Shown one piece after another: positions 20,551 to 29,443 of a stretch of DNA of 64,000 nucleotides. Under the pieces are notes generated by a model, which worked only from the letters and a program-made list of their open reading frames with translations, was not told the origin of the DNA and ran no database searches. Position 1 is the first letter of the stretch, and each line of letters begins with the position of its first letter. Source of the stretch: Chloroflexota bacterium. GTDB taxonomy: Bacteria; Chloroflexota; Dehalococcoidia; UBA2247; RBG-13-53-26. The stretch spans positions 27,264 through 91,263 of the forward strand of contig VGOE01000001.1 of the NCBI GenBank assembly GCA_016876035.1, in the 5' to 3' direction. The translations under genes were made by a program, and so were the position numbers.

Positions 20551-20931
20551 ATTGCCAACCTCCCGTAAGATCAGAGTAGGCAGATCGGGTAATAAAATGG
20601 GCTAGCATCGATACACTACCACCACTTCTCACCAGTTACTGGGCGCGCGATATGCAAATCCCCTTCGACATTCACGGTTTCTCCACCCCCTAATTTGAAC
20701 CGTATCACAATCCGTTGCAGTGGTCAATAAGGATCGGAATCAATCGGGTACGATTCTACATGTACTGAGACGAGAATGTCTTTTCATAGAAAAAAACGGG
20801 TCTGCCAGCAGAATTTGAAGGGGGAGGAAGGAGCGAGCAGCATGTGGAGAAGAGGAGGTTATTTCCTGCAAAGTCTCACAGCCCCAAGCTGTACGCCTTT
20901 CTCCTCAACTCAGTAGTAAGCCTTTCTGAGT

Positions 20932-21243
20932 CTACCACGTATGGCTGATAGCTTCATTCTTGCAGGCGCTATGGCAGTTTACCTCCTTCCGGCTGCAAAC
21001 ACCATTGAATCCGGGACATACATATCCCACCCGTTTCCTCGTCTCCTCCTTAACAACGGCTACCACTTTGCCATAGTCATCTTCAGCTAGCTCAAAGATA
21101 TTCTCTGGACAGGCAGCTACACAGTCCCCGCATCCGTTACATTTGTCGGTATCGATGGTAATGAAATAGTCTCCGGTACCATCGGTATAGCCGTAGTTAG
21201 CTCTCACGTGGCCCTCCTTGCGACTCGGCCCTTTCTCGGGCAA
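20932..21243 (-). CDS. Small ferredoxin-like 4Fe-4S protein. The start may be the GTG at 21207.
   Basis: CNGCGDCVAACP is a ferredoxin motif and additional Cys are present. The longest ORF overlaps the upstream activase gene. Confidence 0.5.
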   Translation of the reverse strand: MPEKGPSRKEGHVRANYGYTDGTGDYFITIDTDKCNGCGDCVAACPENIFELAEDDYGKVVAVVKEETRKRVGYVCPGFNGVCSRKEVNCHSACKNEAISHTW

Positions 21244-21994
21244 ATAGAGCTGCCCCTAGTGCACCAATAATCTGGGGATCAGTAGCCAGCAAGGGTTCCA
21301 GACCTACTTTCTCTTTAACCTTGTTGACCATCCCGACATTCTTAGCAATCCCTCCGGTGATGGTAAAGTCCTTCTCTATTGATACCCTTTTCAGCAGATT
21401 GCGGCAGCGGACCGCTATGGCATCGTGCAGGCCGCTGAGGATATCGCCCTTGGGCACTCCTTTTTTCAATAGGGCTAGGGCCTCGGATTTGGCGAAGACA
21501 GCGCACACTGTGCTGAAAGGGAGGTCTTGCGTCGACTCCAGGGACAAGCTACCAATCTCATCCAGGGGCACCTGGAGCACATCGGCAATCATCTCTAGAA
21601 ACCGTCCGGTGCCCCCGGCACACTTGTCATTCATGATGAAGTTGGTCACCCGCCCCTGCTCATCGCAGTTGATGGCTTTGCAGTCCTGCCCGCCCATGTC
21701 CAGGATCGTCCTCACTGATGGGAAATACCAGTGGGCACCTCGCGCATGACAGGAAATCTCTGAGATATTGGCATTGGCAAACGGAACCAGAACCCTGCCG
21801 TACCCAGTAGCCACAATATAGCTAAAGTCCTTCAGGGACAGGCCGGTCCCTTTGAGCGCCTCAGCCATGGTGAGTTCGGCCGCCCTGACGCTTTCGGGAC
21901 CAGTGTCGCAAATGCTATAGGACAGCACGTTGCCATCCTCCATGATAACGCTCTTAGCACCCCGCGAGCCTATGTCTACGCCAGCTACAAACAT
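21197..21994 (-). CDS. CoA-substrate-specific enzyme activase (BadF/BadG/BcrA/BcrD/HgdC ATPase family).
   Basis: The N-terminal reads MFVAGVDIGSRGAKSVIMEDGNVL. There is a Cys pair for a bridging 4Fe-4S cluster. The size is 265 aa. Confidence 0.8.
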   Translation of the reverse strand: MFVAGVDIGSRGAKSVIMEDGNVLSYSICDTGPESVRAAELTMAEALKGTGLSLKDFSYIVATGYGRVLVPFANANISEISCHARGAHWYFPSVRTILDMGGQDCKAINCDEQGRVTNFIMNDKCAGGTGRFLEMIADVLQVPLDEIGSLSLESTQDLPFSTVCAVFAKSEALALLKKGVPKGDILSGLHDAIAVRCRNLLKRVSIEKDFTITGGIAKNVGMVNKVKEKVGLEPLLATDPQIIGALGAALFARERAESQGGPRES

Positions 21995-22280
21995 GTCTCC
22001 TCCTGACCGCTGTGGAGAAACTTGTCAGTCTATTACCATAGTAAGGCAACCCCCGCGCCTGGTCAAAAAAGTTGCCCCGCCTTCCGCCCGGACGGTCTCA
22101 AACCTGACCCTGAACTCTTCCCTACGCCCGTCATTCCACTTTAGTGATTCTTCATCAGCAAGCAAGAAGAAACGGCAGAACCCGTGGCACATCCCGCCGT
22201 TCTTGGTTTGGCGCCAAAATGAACTTTTTGCACCGATTTTGCGTATATAATATTGAGGAAAGGGTTGTGGAGACAGGACC

Positions 22281-22823
22281 TTGGCGAAAGATTTCGGGGC
22301 TGAGAACTTTGAAGCCATTTTCCGTGAACACAAGGATATGGTTTACAGAACTGCTTACCTCATACTGGGTGATGCTCACAGGGCAGAAGATGTTTTGCAA
22401 GAGGTTTTCGTCAGGGTTCACAAATCCCTGGATAGCTTCGACTCTCGAAAAGGGGCCTTCAGCACCTGGCTCCGCCGCATCACAGTCAATCAGTGCATTA
22501 CAGAGCGTCGCAATAGTCACTCGGCCTCCTTATCTTTATCTCTCGAGAGACTTGAAGAAGAAGGCCTTGACCCCGAGGATACCGATTCCGAGCGTCCTGA
22601 GGAGCTTGCCCTAAAGAGGGAAGAAGGCCAGAGGATACAACGAGCCATGAACACGCTGGACCGAAAGCATCGTGCCGTAGTCACTCTGAGGTATTTTGAG
22701 CAGCTTTCCTACGAGGAAATAGCGCAGGTACTGAGTATCCCATTAGGAACCGTGAAGTCGCGCCTGAACACGGCCATTCAAGCTTTGCGCCAGGAACTGG
22801 TGGAAGGGAGGTTCAGACCATGA
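22281..22823 (+). CDS. ECF (sigma-70 family) RNA polymerase sigma factor.
   Basis: Region 2 reads AEDVLQEVFVRVHKSLDSFDSRKGAFSTWLRRITVNQ. Region 4 reads LRYFEQLSYEEIAQVLSIPLGTVKSRL. The stop overlaps the next ATG (ATGA). Confidence 0.8.
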   Translation: MAKDFGAENFEAIFREHKDMVYRTAYLILGDAHRAEDVLQEVFVRVHKSLDSFDSRKGAFSTWLRRITVNQCITERRNSHSASLSLSLERLEEEGLDPEDTDSERPEELALKREEGQRIQRAMNTLDRKHRAVVTLRYFEQLSYEEIAQVLSIPLGTVKSRLNTAIQALRQELVEGRFRP

Positions 22824-23083
22824 ACTGCGAGAACGTCAATCAATCGCTTCTAAGTTATCTCGACAACGAGGTCAGCTTTGACCAAAAGGAGGCTATTGAG
22901 ACCCATCTGTGCGCTTGCAACGGCTGTAGAGAGGATCTGGGGATTCTTGTGGCATCATTGTCAATCAGCGCATTGCTCAGCGCTGCAACAGAGATTCGCC
23001 TGCCTTATCTCTTTAGGGGCTCAACAAAGAATGGTTCGACATGGCGGAAGCCGGTTCCGGAAACCTTGAGGAGCCTTCCGTAA
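22820..23083 (+). CDS. Truncated zf-HC2 anti-sigma factor fragment (N-terminal domain only, 87 aa). It is likely a remnant of a duplicated anti-sigma gene.
   Basis: NCENVNQSLLSYLDNEVSFDQKEAIETHLCACNGCREDLG parallels the N-terminus of the full anti-sigma at 23288. It has no TM or extracytoplasmic domain. Confidence 0.5.
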   Translation: MNCENVNQSLLSYLDNEVSFDQKEAIETHLCACNGCREDLGILVASLSISALLSAATEIRLPYLFRGSTKNGSTWRKPVPETLRSLP

Positions 23084-23089
23084 AGAAGG

Positions 23090-23287
23090 AAGAAAGCGAG
23101 TGGTACAGCAGACCATGAAGACCCTGAATCCGAAGCATCTCGCGGCAGTTGCTGTAAGTGCTTTGACGATCTTTCCTGCCATGAGATCCGGAAAGGGATT
23201 GAGCATGGCGCTGGTGACTGCTAAGTGCGGGCAACACACGGCCTTTCGGGTCTTGCGCCAGGAATCAATTGGAGGGAGGAGCGTGTC
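23090..23287 (+). pseudogene. Decayed copy of the 3' end (region 4) of the ECF sigma factor gene. It is a remnant of a tandem duplication of the sigma/anti-sigma unit.
   Basis: Nucleotide similarity to 22590-22823 is clear. For example ttgcgccaggaactggtggaagggagg...catgaactgc matches ttgcgccaggaatcaattggagggagg...catgaaatgc. MKTLNPKHLAAV parallels MNTLDRKHRAVV. The reading frame is not maintained. Confidence 0.55.
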
Positions 23288-25546
23288 ATGAAATGCAAAA
23301 AAGTAAATCAGTTGCTTGTAAGTTACCTCGACAACGAGGTCAGCTCTGAAGAAAGAGAAGCTATTCAAGCCCATCTGTCCGCCTGCAAAGGCTGTAGAGA
23401 GGAGATGGAGGCTCTTGCCGAGACTCAAAGAGAGCTTCGCCAAGGTCTTAGTGCGGTCGGGGCAGGGGCCTCCGCGCCATCCCATGCGTGGTCGGCGGTA
23501 AAGGAGAGGACAGAGGCACAAAAGAGGAGTGGCATGCCCGTTCTGGAGGCGCTGAGGTCGAGGGTGAGAAGCGGCATAGGGAGGCTAATGCCACGCCCCG
23601 TCTGGCAAAAAGCGCTGGCTTCCGTGCTCACCGTGGCCATAGTTGCTGGCCTGTGCCTGGGGATACCAGCTTTTTCCAAGCAGCAGGATAGCTTGGGTCC
23701 TGGGCCGTCACCGGGGTCCCCTCAGACACCAGTACAGAACGATTTGTGGCCCGAGCCATCGGTACAGTTCGCGCTGTCGCCCGAAACGGATGAGTTGCTG
23801 AAGTTCGCTTCTTACGAAGAGTTGAAGGAGTTCGTGGGTGATAATGCGGCGCCTTTCTATTACTATTACTCTCTTGAGGCGGGTGGGAGTGTTGTCGCCA
23901 GGATTGCGGGGGCTCCTGGGGCTCCTGCGCTTCTCGCTGTCACTGCCGCAAGCCCTGTTATCTACTCCATCACGAATATTCAGGTGGAGGGGGTGGACGA
24001 GGCAGACATCGTCAAGACAGATGGGGAGTTCATCTATCTGGTCTCAGGGACAAAGGTTTTCATCGTGAAGGCGTATCCTGCCAAGGAGACCCGAGTCCTG
24101 TCCAGAATAGAGCTGAAACAAGAACCGCGGGAGATTTTTATAAATGGGAACATGCTGGTCCTATTGGGGGACGCCTGGAAGTCCGAGGCGGTTGTCCCCA
24201 CGTACCAGACCTCCATCAAGATATACGATATCACGGACAGAGAGAATCCTGACCTGGTGAGGGATGTTTCGGTAGACGGCCAGTACTTCGGATCAAGAAT
24301 GATAGGCGACTACGCCTATGTGGTGGTACGCGCACCGGTATGCTACTACAAGGACGAGATAAGGCTTCCCGAGGTCTACCTGGGCAGTAAGGTCAGGGAA
24401 ATACCGGCCACGGACATCTACTACTTTGACGTCACAGATTCCCATTTTGGATTCACCACTATCCTGGCGGTGAACACACAGGACGCCGCCGAGGAGCCGT
24501 CGCGGGAGACGATAATACTAGGGGCCACCAGCAACTTGTATGTTTCCCTGAACAACATATACGTTACCGTCACAGACTGGAGATATTCGGGCAGCGGCTC
24601 TCAAAGCACCAGCATCCACAGGATTCATATAGACGAGGGCAACATAGCCTACAAGGCCAGTGGAGAGGTGCCGGGCACGGTGCTGAACCAGTTCTCCATG
24701 GACGAGTATCAGGGCTTCTTCAGGGTAGCTACCACTTCCTGGGAGCGGGCTGGAAGCAAGGAAATGGCGCTCTACCGAAGCCAAAACAACCTCTATGTCC
24801 TCGACGTGAACCTGGACATCGTTGGCAGGCTGGAGAACCTGGCGCCGGGAGAGACCATTTACTCGGCCAGATTCATGGGAGAGAGATGCTATCTGGTGAC
24901 CTTCAAGCAGGTTGACCCATTTTTCGTCATCAATTTGAAGGACCCTTACAATCCCGAGGTCCTTGGTGCCTTGAAGATAACCGGCTATTCCGACTACCTG
25001 CACCCCTACGACGAGAACCACATCATTGGAATAGGCAAGGAAACGGTGGCAGCGAAGGAGGGCGACTTCGCCTGGGCTCAGGGCGTCAAGATATCGCTCT
25101 TCGACGTCACTGATGTCAGCCACCCCAAGGAAGTGGCCAAGTACGAGATAGGCAAGCGGGGATCGGAATCGCCAGTCCTGCGGGATCACAAAGCACTTCT
25201 TTTTGATAGGGCTAAGAACCTTCTGGTGATGCCCGTCTCTGTGGTCGAGAGTGGCTCTAGCGACCCGTGGCAGGGTGCCTATGTATTCCACATATCCCCC
25301 TATGACGGAATTAAATACAGGGGCAGGATAACCCATTATGACGGGGATGAAGGCAAAATCCCCTCTCCTTTTTCTATACTTCCAGACAAGACATGGCGGA
25401 TATTGCCGGTGTATGAAGCAGACTCCTCCTACGCAGTGACCAGGTCTCTCTACATAGGGGATGTGCTTTACACCATCTCGGCCATGAAGATCAAAATGAA
25501 CAACCTGGAGAATCTGAAGCTGATCAATGAGGTAACAATCAAATAG
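23288..25546 (+). CDS. Anti-sigma factor. It has an N-terminal zf-HC2 domain, one TM helix and a large extracytoplasmic beta-propeller-type domain.
   Basis: MKCKKVNQLLVSYLDNEVSSEEREAIQAHLSACKGCREEM carries the zf-HC2 motif. The TM helix reads ALASVLTVAIVAGLCLGIPAF. The roughly 550-aa C-terminal region has a beta-strand-rich composition (YYYYSLEAGG...). The ORF-track entry extends upstream to 23225. Confidence 0.7.
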   Translation: MKCKKVNQLLVSYLDNEVSSEEREAIQAHLSACKGCREEMEALAETQRELRQGLSAVGAGASAPSHAWSAVKERTEAQKRSGMPVLEALRSRVRSGIGRLMPRPVWQKALASVLTVAIVAGLCLGIPAFSKQQDSLGPGPSPGSPQTPVQNDLWPEPSVQFALSPETDELLKFASYEELKEFVGDNAAPFYYYYSLEAGGSVVARIAGAPGAPALLAVTAASPVIYSITNIQVEGVDEADIVKTDGEFIYLVSGTKVFIVKAYPAKETRVLSRIELKQEPREIFINGNMLVLLGDAWKSEAVVPTYQTSIKIYDITDRENPDLVRDVSVDGQYFGSRMIGDYAYVVVRAPVCYYKDEIRLPEVYLGSKVREIPATDIYYFDVTDSHFGFTTILAVNTQDAAEEPSRETIILGATSNLYVSLNNIYVTVTDWRYSGSGSQSTSIHRIHIDEGNIAYKASGEVPGTVLNQFSMDEYQGFFRVATTSWERAGSKEMALYRSQNNLYVLDVNLDIVGRLENLAPGETIYSARFMGERCYLVTFKQVDPFFVINLKDPYNPEVLGALKITGYSDYLHPYDENHIIGIGKETVAAKEGDFAWAQGVKISLFDVTDVSHPKEVAKYEIGKRGSESPVLRDHKALLFDRAKNLLVMPVSVVESGSSDPWQGAYVFHISPYDGIKYRGRITHYDGDEGKIPSPFSILPDKTWRILPVYEADSSYAVTRSLYIGDVLYTISAMKIKMNNLENLKLINEVTIK

Positions 25547-25595
25547 AAACCGAAAGAGCTTGAGCCACCATTGCGGTAGGGTGGTTGCCATAAGT

Positions 25596-25635
25596 GGTGG
25601 GGGGGCGCGCGAAGCGCGCCCCCCACCAGGTTTTA
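25596..25635 (+). terminator. GC-rich hairpin followed by a TTTT run. It is a likely rho-independent terminator of the anti-sigma gene.
   Basis: The sequence is GGTGGGGGGGCGCGC-GAAG-CGCGCCCCCCACC then AGGTTTTAG. It lies 50 nt after the stop at 25546. Confidence 0.5.
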
Positions 25636-25743
25636 GACCTAATAAGACAAGGCATGTGGGAGACATGACACACAGGACGATATTGGTATGGTACAATGAC
25701 GCTGAAAAAGGTGACGGGTGCAAGCTTTGACCGGAGTGATAGG

Positions 25744-26010
25744 ATGAAAACCTTCCAGGTAATTCGCAGTGGCATTGTTTTTGAGCTTCAGCCTGAACCT
25801 GAGGGTGGTTATACCATAACTGTCCCAGCTCTACCGGGATGCATCTCTTATGGGGGAAATTTCGAAGAGGCTATGGAAATGATAGAAGATGCCATCGAGG
25901 GCTGGCTGGCCGTAGCCAAAGAAGAAAACATCCCCATACCAGATCAGTTTGAATCTGTAGCGAGTAGGGTAGGTCGCGTGAAACGCGACCCAACATCGTG
26001 TAGAGCGTAG
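25744..26010 (+). CDS. hicB: HicB-like (UPF0150) antitoxin-family protein.
   Basis: MKTFQVIRSGIVFELQPEPEGGYTITVPALPGCISYGGNFEEAMEMIEDAIEGWL is a typical HicB N-terminal RNase-H-like fold signature. A GGAG RBS is present. No hicA was recognised nearby. Confidence 0.6.
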   Translation: MKTFQVIRSGIVFELQPEPEGGYTITVPALPGCISYGGNFEEAMEMIEDAIEGWLAVAKEENIPIPDQFESVASRVGRVKRDPTSCRA

Positions 26011-26109
26011 GGCCGACCAGGATAGTGGGTTCACAGAACCCACCCCACGAGACTTGAATCAAAAGGAAAAGGCCGTAACACCAAATTGGCGTTGCGGCCT
26101 TTCGTTCAT

Positions 26110-26154
26110 TGGTAGCGGGGGTTGGATTTGAACCAACGGCCTTCGGGTTATGGG
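26110..26154 (-). repeat. 45-nt copy of the 3' half of the tRNA-Met at 48153-48227 (CCA end through the anticodon loop). It is a putative attL direct repeat.
   Basis: 26110-26154 is identical to 48153-48197 (tggtagcgggggttggatttgaaccaacggccttcgggttatggg). The sequences diverge afterwards. Confidence 0.75.
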
Positions 26155-26369
26155 TCTGGTGAGTATTGTCACAAGGGGTTATTTTACGTTCAAGCTGGAC
26201 ATAATGCATCAGGAGGCAGAATGTCGTTTTGTTCGTAAAATGCCGACCAGTGATAACCCGTTTCATTCCGTTGGTTAGCTTTTTGTTAGCTATTTTCTAG
26301 CTACGTTTTGAGCGTGAGACGATTTTCGTGAGACCCGGTTTGAAATGGTTCGGAGATACACCAGGTCGG

Positions 26370-27350
26370 TCAAGTAATGAAAACCTGAAGCTGTACAAGG
26401 CAGTGCTGTCCTGGGCGGCTGCTGTTGAGGGCAACTTCTGAGAGGGGATTGGGTTGTCGGGGGTCACATTTCCGAGTTTTGTGCAGCACTGCCAGCAGCA
26501 ACCGGTCCACACCCTGGGTCGAGTTGAAAGGCAGCTCATAGGCTGGATGAGCGAAACCCGGATTACAGAGTACCATGCCTCGCCTACAGGTGGCCGCCTT
26601 GACCGCCTCCCCCCTGGCAATCATTCCTTTGCTCAAAGAATCAATGTGGCTAGCTAGGCGGTTGTTAAAGGTACGTAACATGCTTGAGCGGCTGGCCTTG
26701 ATCATTCCCTCAAGCTCCGAAGCACTCACCGATGGCGCTGGCATCCCAAACGTCTTGGAGATGTTGGACAGGGCGGTGCGGTAGACAGTGACGGCATGAT
26801 CAGTAGAAACCCTGATGTCAGCCCCAAGCATACGGCCAGTTTTCATCAACTGGTAGAACGCCCTTTGCTGCTCAGACAGCTTGACCATCCCTGTACCAGC
26901 CCTTATGAGCCTATCGGCGTCTCCATAGTACCTTGCGAACCCAATTTGCCTCGATAAACTGCCGTTCATCCTCGAAAAAGCGTTGATAAAGGCTTCTTGA
27001 GAGGTGGAACCCAGCCGTAATAGCGACTTATCGGCACGGAACATCTTGCCAAAAGCCGACTGAATAGACTTGTTTTCAGCCCATACCTTCTGGCCGATAG
27101 CCTGCCTGACAACAGTGGCCCTCAGTCTTGGCGAGACAGAAGCGAGCTGGTCAGCATTGATGAAAAGCACGGATCCCTGGCGGAAATAGAGGTGATGGCC
27201 GCGGGAAATGTTGAAGAGTTCTTTTGAAGAGACTACCCGGATGCTGGTCAGCTCATTGGTGAAGCGTGGGTCCAGCCCTTTAAGGGCGGTGCGGATGGAC
27301 TCTGAGAATAGGCGGTTGGCTACAATTTCAGTCGATAGGAACGACTCCAT
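26370..27350 (-). CDS. Hypothetical protein (326 aa) with no recognisable motif.
   Basis: It is a long ORF with coding-like composition inside the island. It is overlapped at its 5' end by a 76-aa ORF. Confidence 0.45.
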   Translation of the reverse strand: MESFLSTEIVANRLFSESIRTALKGLDPRFTNELTSIRVVSSKELFNISRGHHLYFRQGSVLFINADQLASVSPRLRATVVRQAIGQKVWAENKSIQSAFGKMFRADKSLLRLGSTSQEAFINAFSRMNGSLSRQIGFARYYGDADRLIRAGTGMVKLSEQQRAFYQLMKTGRMLGADIRVSTDHAVTVYRTALSNISKTFGMPAPSVSASELEGMIKASRSSMLRTFNNRLASHIDSLSKGMIARGEAVKAATCRRGMVLCNPGFAHPAYELPFNSTQGVDRLLLAVLHKTRKCDPRQPNPLSEVALNSSRPGQHCLVQLQVFIT

Positions 27351-27558
27351 ACCCCGCCTCCTCCAACATGTCCACCACCCATGGTATGTAGTCCCTATCT
27401 CCAGGCTGGGAACGCCTCAGTATCCCAGCTTGATCGCCTTCCGGCATAATGACCTCTACACTGCCGATCCCCTGTAGAAAAGGGTTATCTGAGACGATCT
27501 TCCCGTCGTCGGTCAGCGTACCGAGGCGAACGTCCTCAACTACGATGTGGTAGGCCAT
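27328..27558 (-). CDS. Hypothetical small protein (76 aa) overlapping the start of the downstream gene.
   Basis: There is a 23-nt overlap with 26370..27350, which suggests a coupled pair. Confidence 0.3.
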   Translation of the reverse strand: MAYHIVVEDVRLGTLTDDGKIVSDNPFLQGIGSVEVIMPEGDQAGILRRSQPGDRDYIPWVVDMLEEAGYGVVPID

Positions 27559-27830
27559 CTGTGAGTACTATAGACACGACTATTACGTCTGTCAAGATGT
27601 GGTTCTGCTCGGTTGGAGTTGGCAAAGGCGGAAGAACCAAGAAGCGTCTACTCTGCATGGAGCTTTAGGCCTCGCCTTTACCCTTGCCATTTAGACCACT
27701 CTACATAGTTAAGGGATTGGGAACCCTCTGTCCAACTGGGATCACATTGTAACTCAGAAGTTGCAAGCAAACTGTCCCCCGCGCTACAATTGACCCGTAG
27801 AGCTTTTAGCAGGCTGAGAAGGGGGTAACT

Positions 27831-28271
27831 ATGAGCCTTTTGGCAGCACTTTCAGGGAAGTCCACATCCGATGAAGAAATTCTAAGTCAACTCAACGAGG
27901 CGGTGATGCAGCTGCAGGCGGATGCTCTAGGCAAGTTGGACGCTTTCGCACTCGGTAAGAAGGAGATTGAACAGAGCCGGCAGAACGTGATTCAGCTTCT
28001 TGAAATTCTCCAGGAACTTCTGTCCCAGACCGGTGACCTGCAATTCGTCATTCCAGATACACCTCAGGAGAGCGCAGCAAAGGATATAGTGCTGAAGCTC
28101 GAATATCGAGGTAGGCCGAGGGCTGACTGGCTCGAGGATATTCACTCAGCCATATCAAACTTGCGTGATAGCAAACCGCTATCTGATTCCGACTGGGTTT
28201 TATTAGAAGACATCGTAGATATACTGGATACAGAGCTTGCCGAAGACTTGAGGGAACTCAGCCGACAGTAA
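27831..28271 (+). CDS. Hypothetical coiled-coil protein (146 aa). It is translationally coupled to the next gene.
   Basis: A TAATG stop/start overlap occurs at 28269-28273. The composition is Leu/Glu/Gln-rich heptad-like. Confidence 0.45.
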   Translation: MSLLAALSGKSTSDEEILSQLNEAVMQLQADALGKLDAFALGKKEIEQSRQNVIQLLEILQELLSQTGDLQFVIPDTPQESAAKDIVLKLEYRGRPRADWLEDIHSAISNLRDSKPLSDSDWVLLEDIVDILDTELAEDLRELSRQ

Positions 28272-29443
28272 TGCGAGCGTATCTGAGGGCAAAGTGCGCA
28301 CAACTAGAAATTGAACTGAATCGGTTACAGGACTACATTGGCCAACAAGAACGGGATGCAACGCATCCCGTTCTTGTTTCTGATTTGAAAGACCACCTCT
28401 GCCAAATGCAGCGGCTGTGCCGACGGTTGTCCGCGATTGCTGAGAATCCCGATGCTGCTTTGTTGAAACGTGCTCATATGTACCTGAGAGATTACGCCTA
28501 TCTTCAGACATCTCTCAGAGTATGGTATCTCCCCGCATGCTTTTATGAAACGGATACGGATCGGCAATTTGGCAGAATCATACGGCACCTGAATAGTAGG
28601 CTTGGTGTGACGCCAATGGAAGACCTTATCGTATCCCACGGGCGCTTTTTCACTACCTTCCCTGGGATACTGAGAGCACCCATTTTCTACGTTCCCTTTG
28701 CTCAGCACCAGAGTCTTGGAGATCTTCCCGCTCTGTACCACGAAGTTGGGCATATTGTCTATCAACATAATCCGCTCTTCGCAACCGAACTCCAGGCAGT
28801 CGTGATCACCCACTACAGCGAGCTTGCGAGAAGAACTTCCCCTATTCCCAGTGTTCAGCAAGAAGAGCGTTTGAAAGCCCTTTCTTGGTGCGTTCAGTAC
28901 TGGAATTGGAGGAAGGCTATCCGAATACAAGAGCTGTTCTGTGATATTTTTGCAGCCAATGTCGTTGGTCCAGCCTTCATTTTCTCGTGGATAGACTTAG
29001 TTATGCGCCAAGCTGGAGAGCCATATCAGTACTCTGAATGCGACGAACATCCCCCGGATGGGTTCAGGGCAACAACCTGCTTCCAGGCGCTCCCAGCAGC
29101 ATGTCGGGATGCGCCACTAGTGGAATGGATGCAACAGGTGTTCACTCAGTATGTCAGCGGGAAACTTCAGCGGAGAGATCCGGTTCCCTACGCCATGCTG
29201 TGTTCAACCGAGCTTATGGAGAAATTGGTGAATAAGGTCAGCGAGCATCTGGAAAGGATTGGGGTACCGGTCTATGCAGGCCCGATCCCTGATCAGTCTC
29301 AGGCACAAGACTTTGCTGATGTGCTCGATCTTGAGGGACTACTTAATGCAGCAGTGGTGAAGCTGTTGGCTGACCCAAACGGCTATAATAGCTGGGAGTC
29401 CGAAATGGTCAGAAGACTCTATGCAGCGCTCCCAACAGCCTAA
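28271..29443 (+). CDS. Putative zinc metallopeptidase with HExxH-x4-H (HEVGHIVYQH). The family is unassigned and could be ImmA/IrrE-like or SprT-like.
   Basis: The motif is LPALYHEVGHIVYQHNP. The protein is 390 aa. Confidence 0.45.
   Translation: MRAYLRAKCAQLEIELNRLQDYIGQQERDATHPVLVSDLKDHLCQMQRLCRRLSAIAENPDAALLKRAHMYLRDYAYLQTSLRVWYLPACFYETDTDRQFGRIIRHLNSRLGVTPMEDLIVSHGRFFTTFPGILRAPIFYVPFAQHQSLGDLPALYHEVGHIVYQHNPLFATELQAVVITHYSELARRTSPIPSVQQEERLKALSWCVQYWNWRKAIRIQELFCDIFAANVVGPAFIFSWIDLVMRQAGEPYQYSECDEHPPDGFRATTCFQALPAACRDAPLVEWMQQVFTQYVSGKLQRRDPVPYAMLCSTELMEKLVNKVSEHLERIGVPVYAGPIPDQSQAQDFADVLDLEGLLNAAVVKLLADPNGYNSWESEMVRRLYAALPTA

Noticed and set aside
24518-25723. A 401-aa ORF on the minus strand.
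   Set aside because: It lies entirely antisense to the anti-sigma/beta-propeller gene. It has no recognisable motif and an odd Pro/Gly/Arg-rich composition typical of GC-rich antisense frames. It is most likely spurious.
25696-25743. Considered a HicA toxin partner upstream of hicB.
   Set aside because: The upstream extension (MTLKKVTGASFDRSDR) is part of the same ORF and does not resemble HicA. No hicA-like ORF was found on either side.
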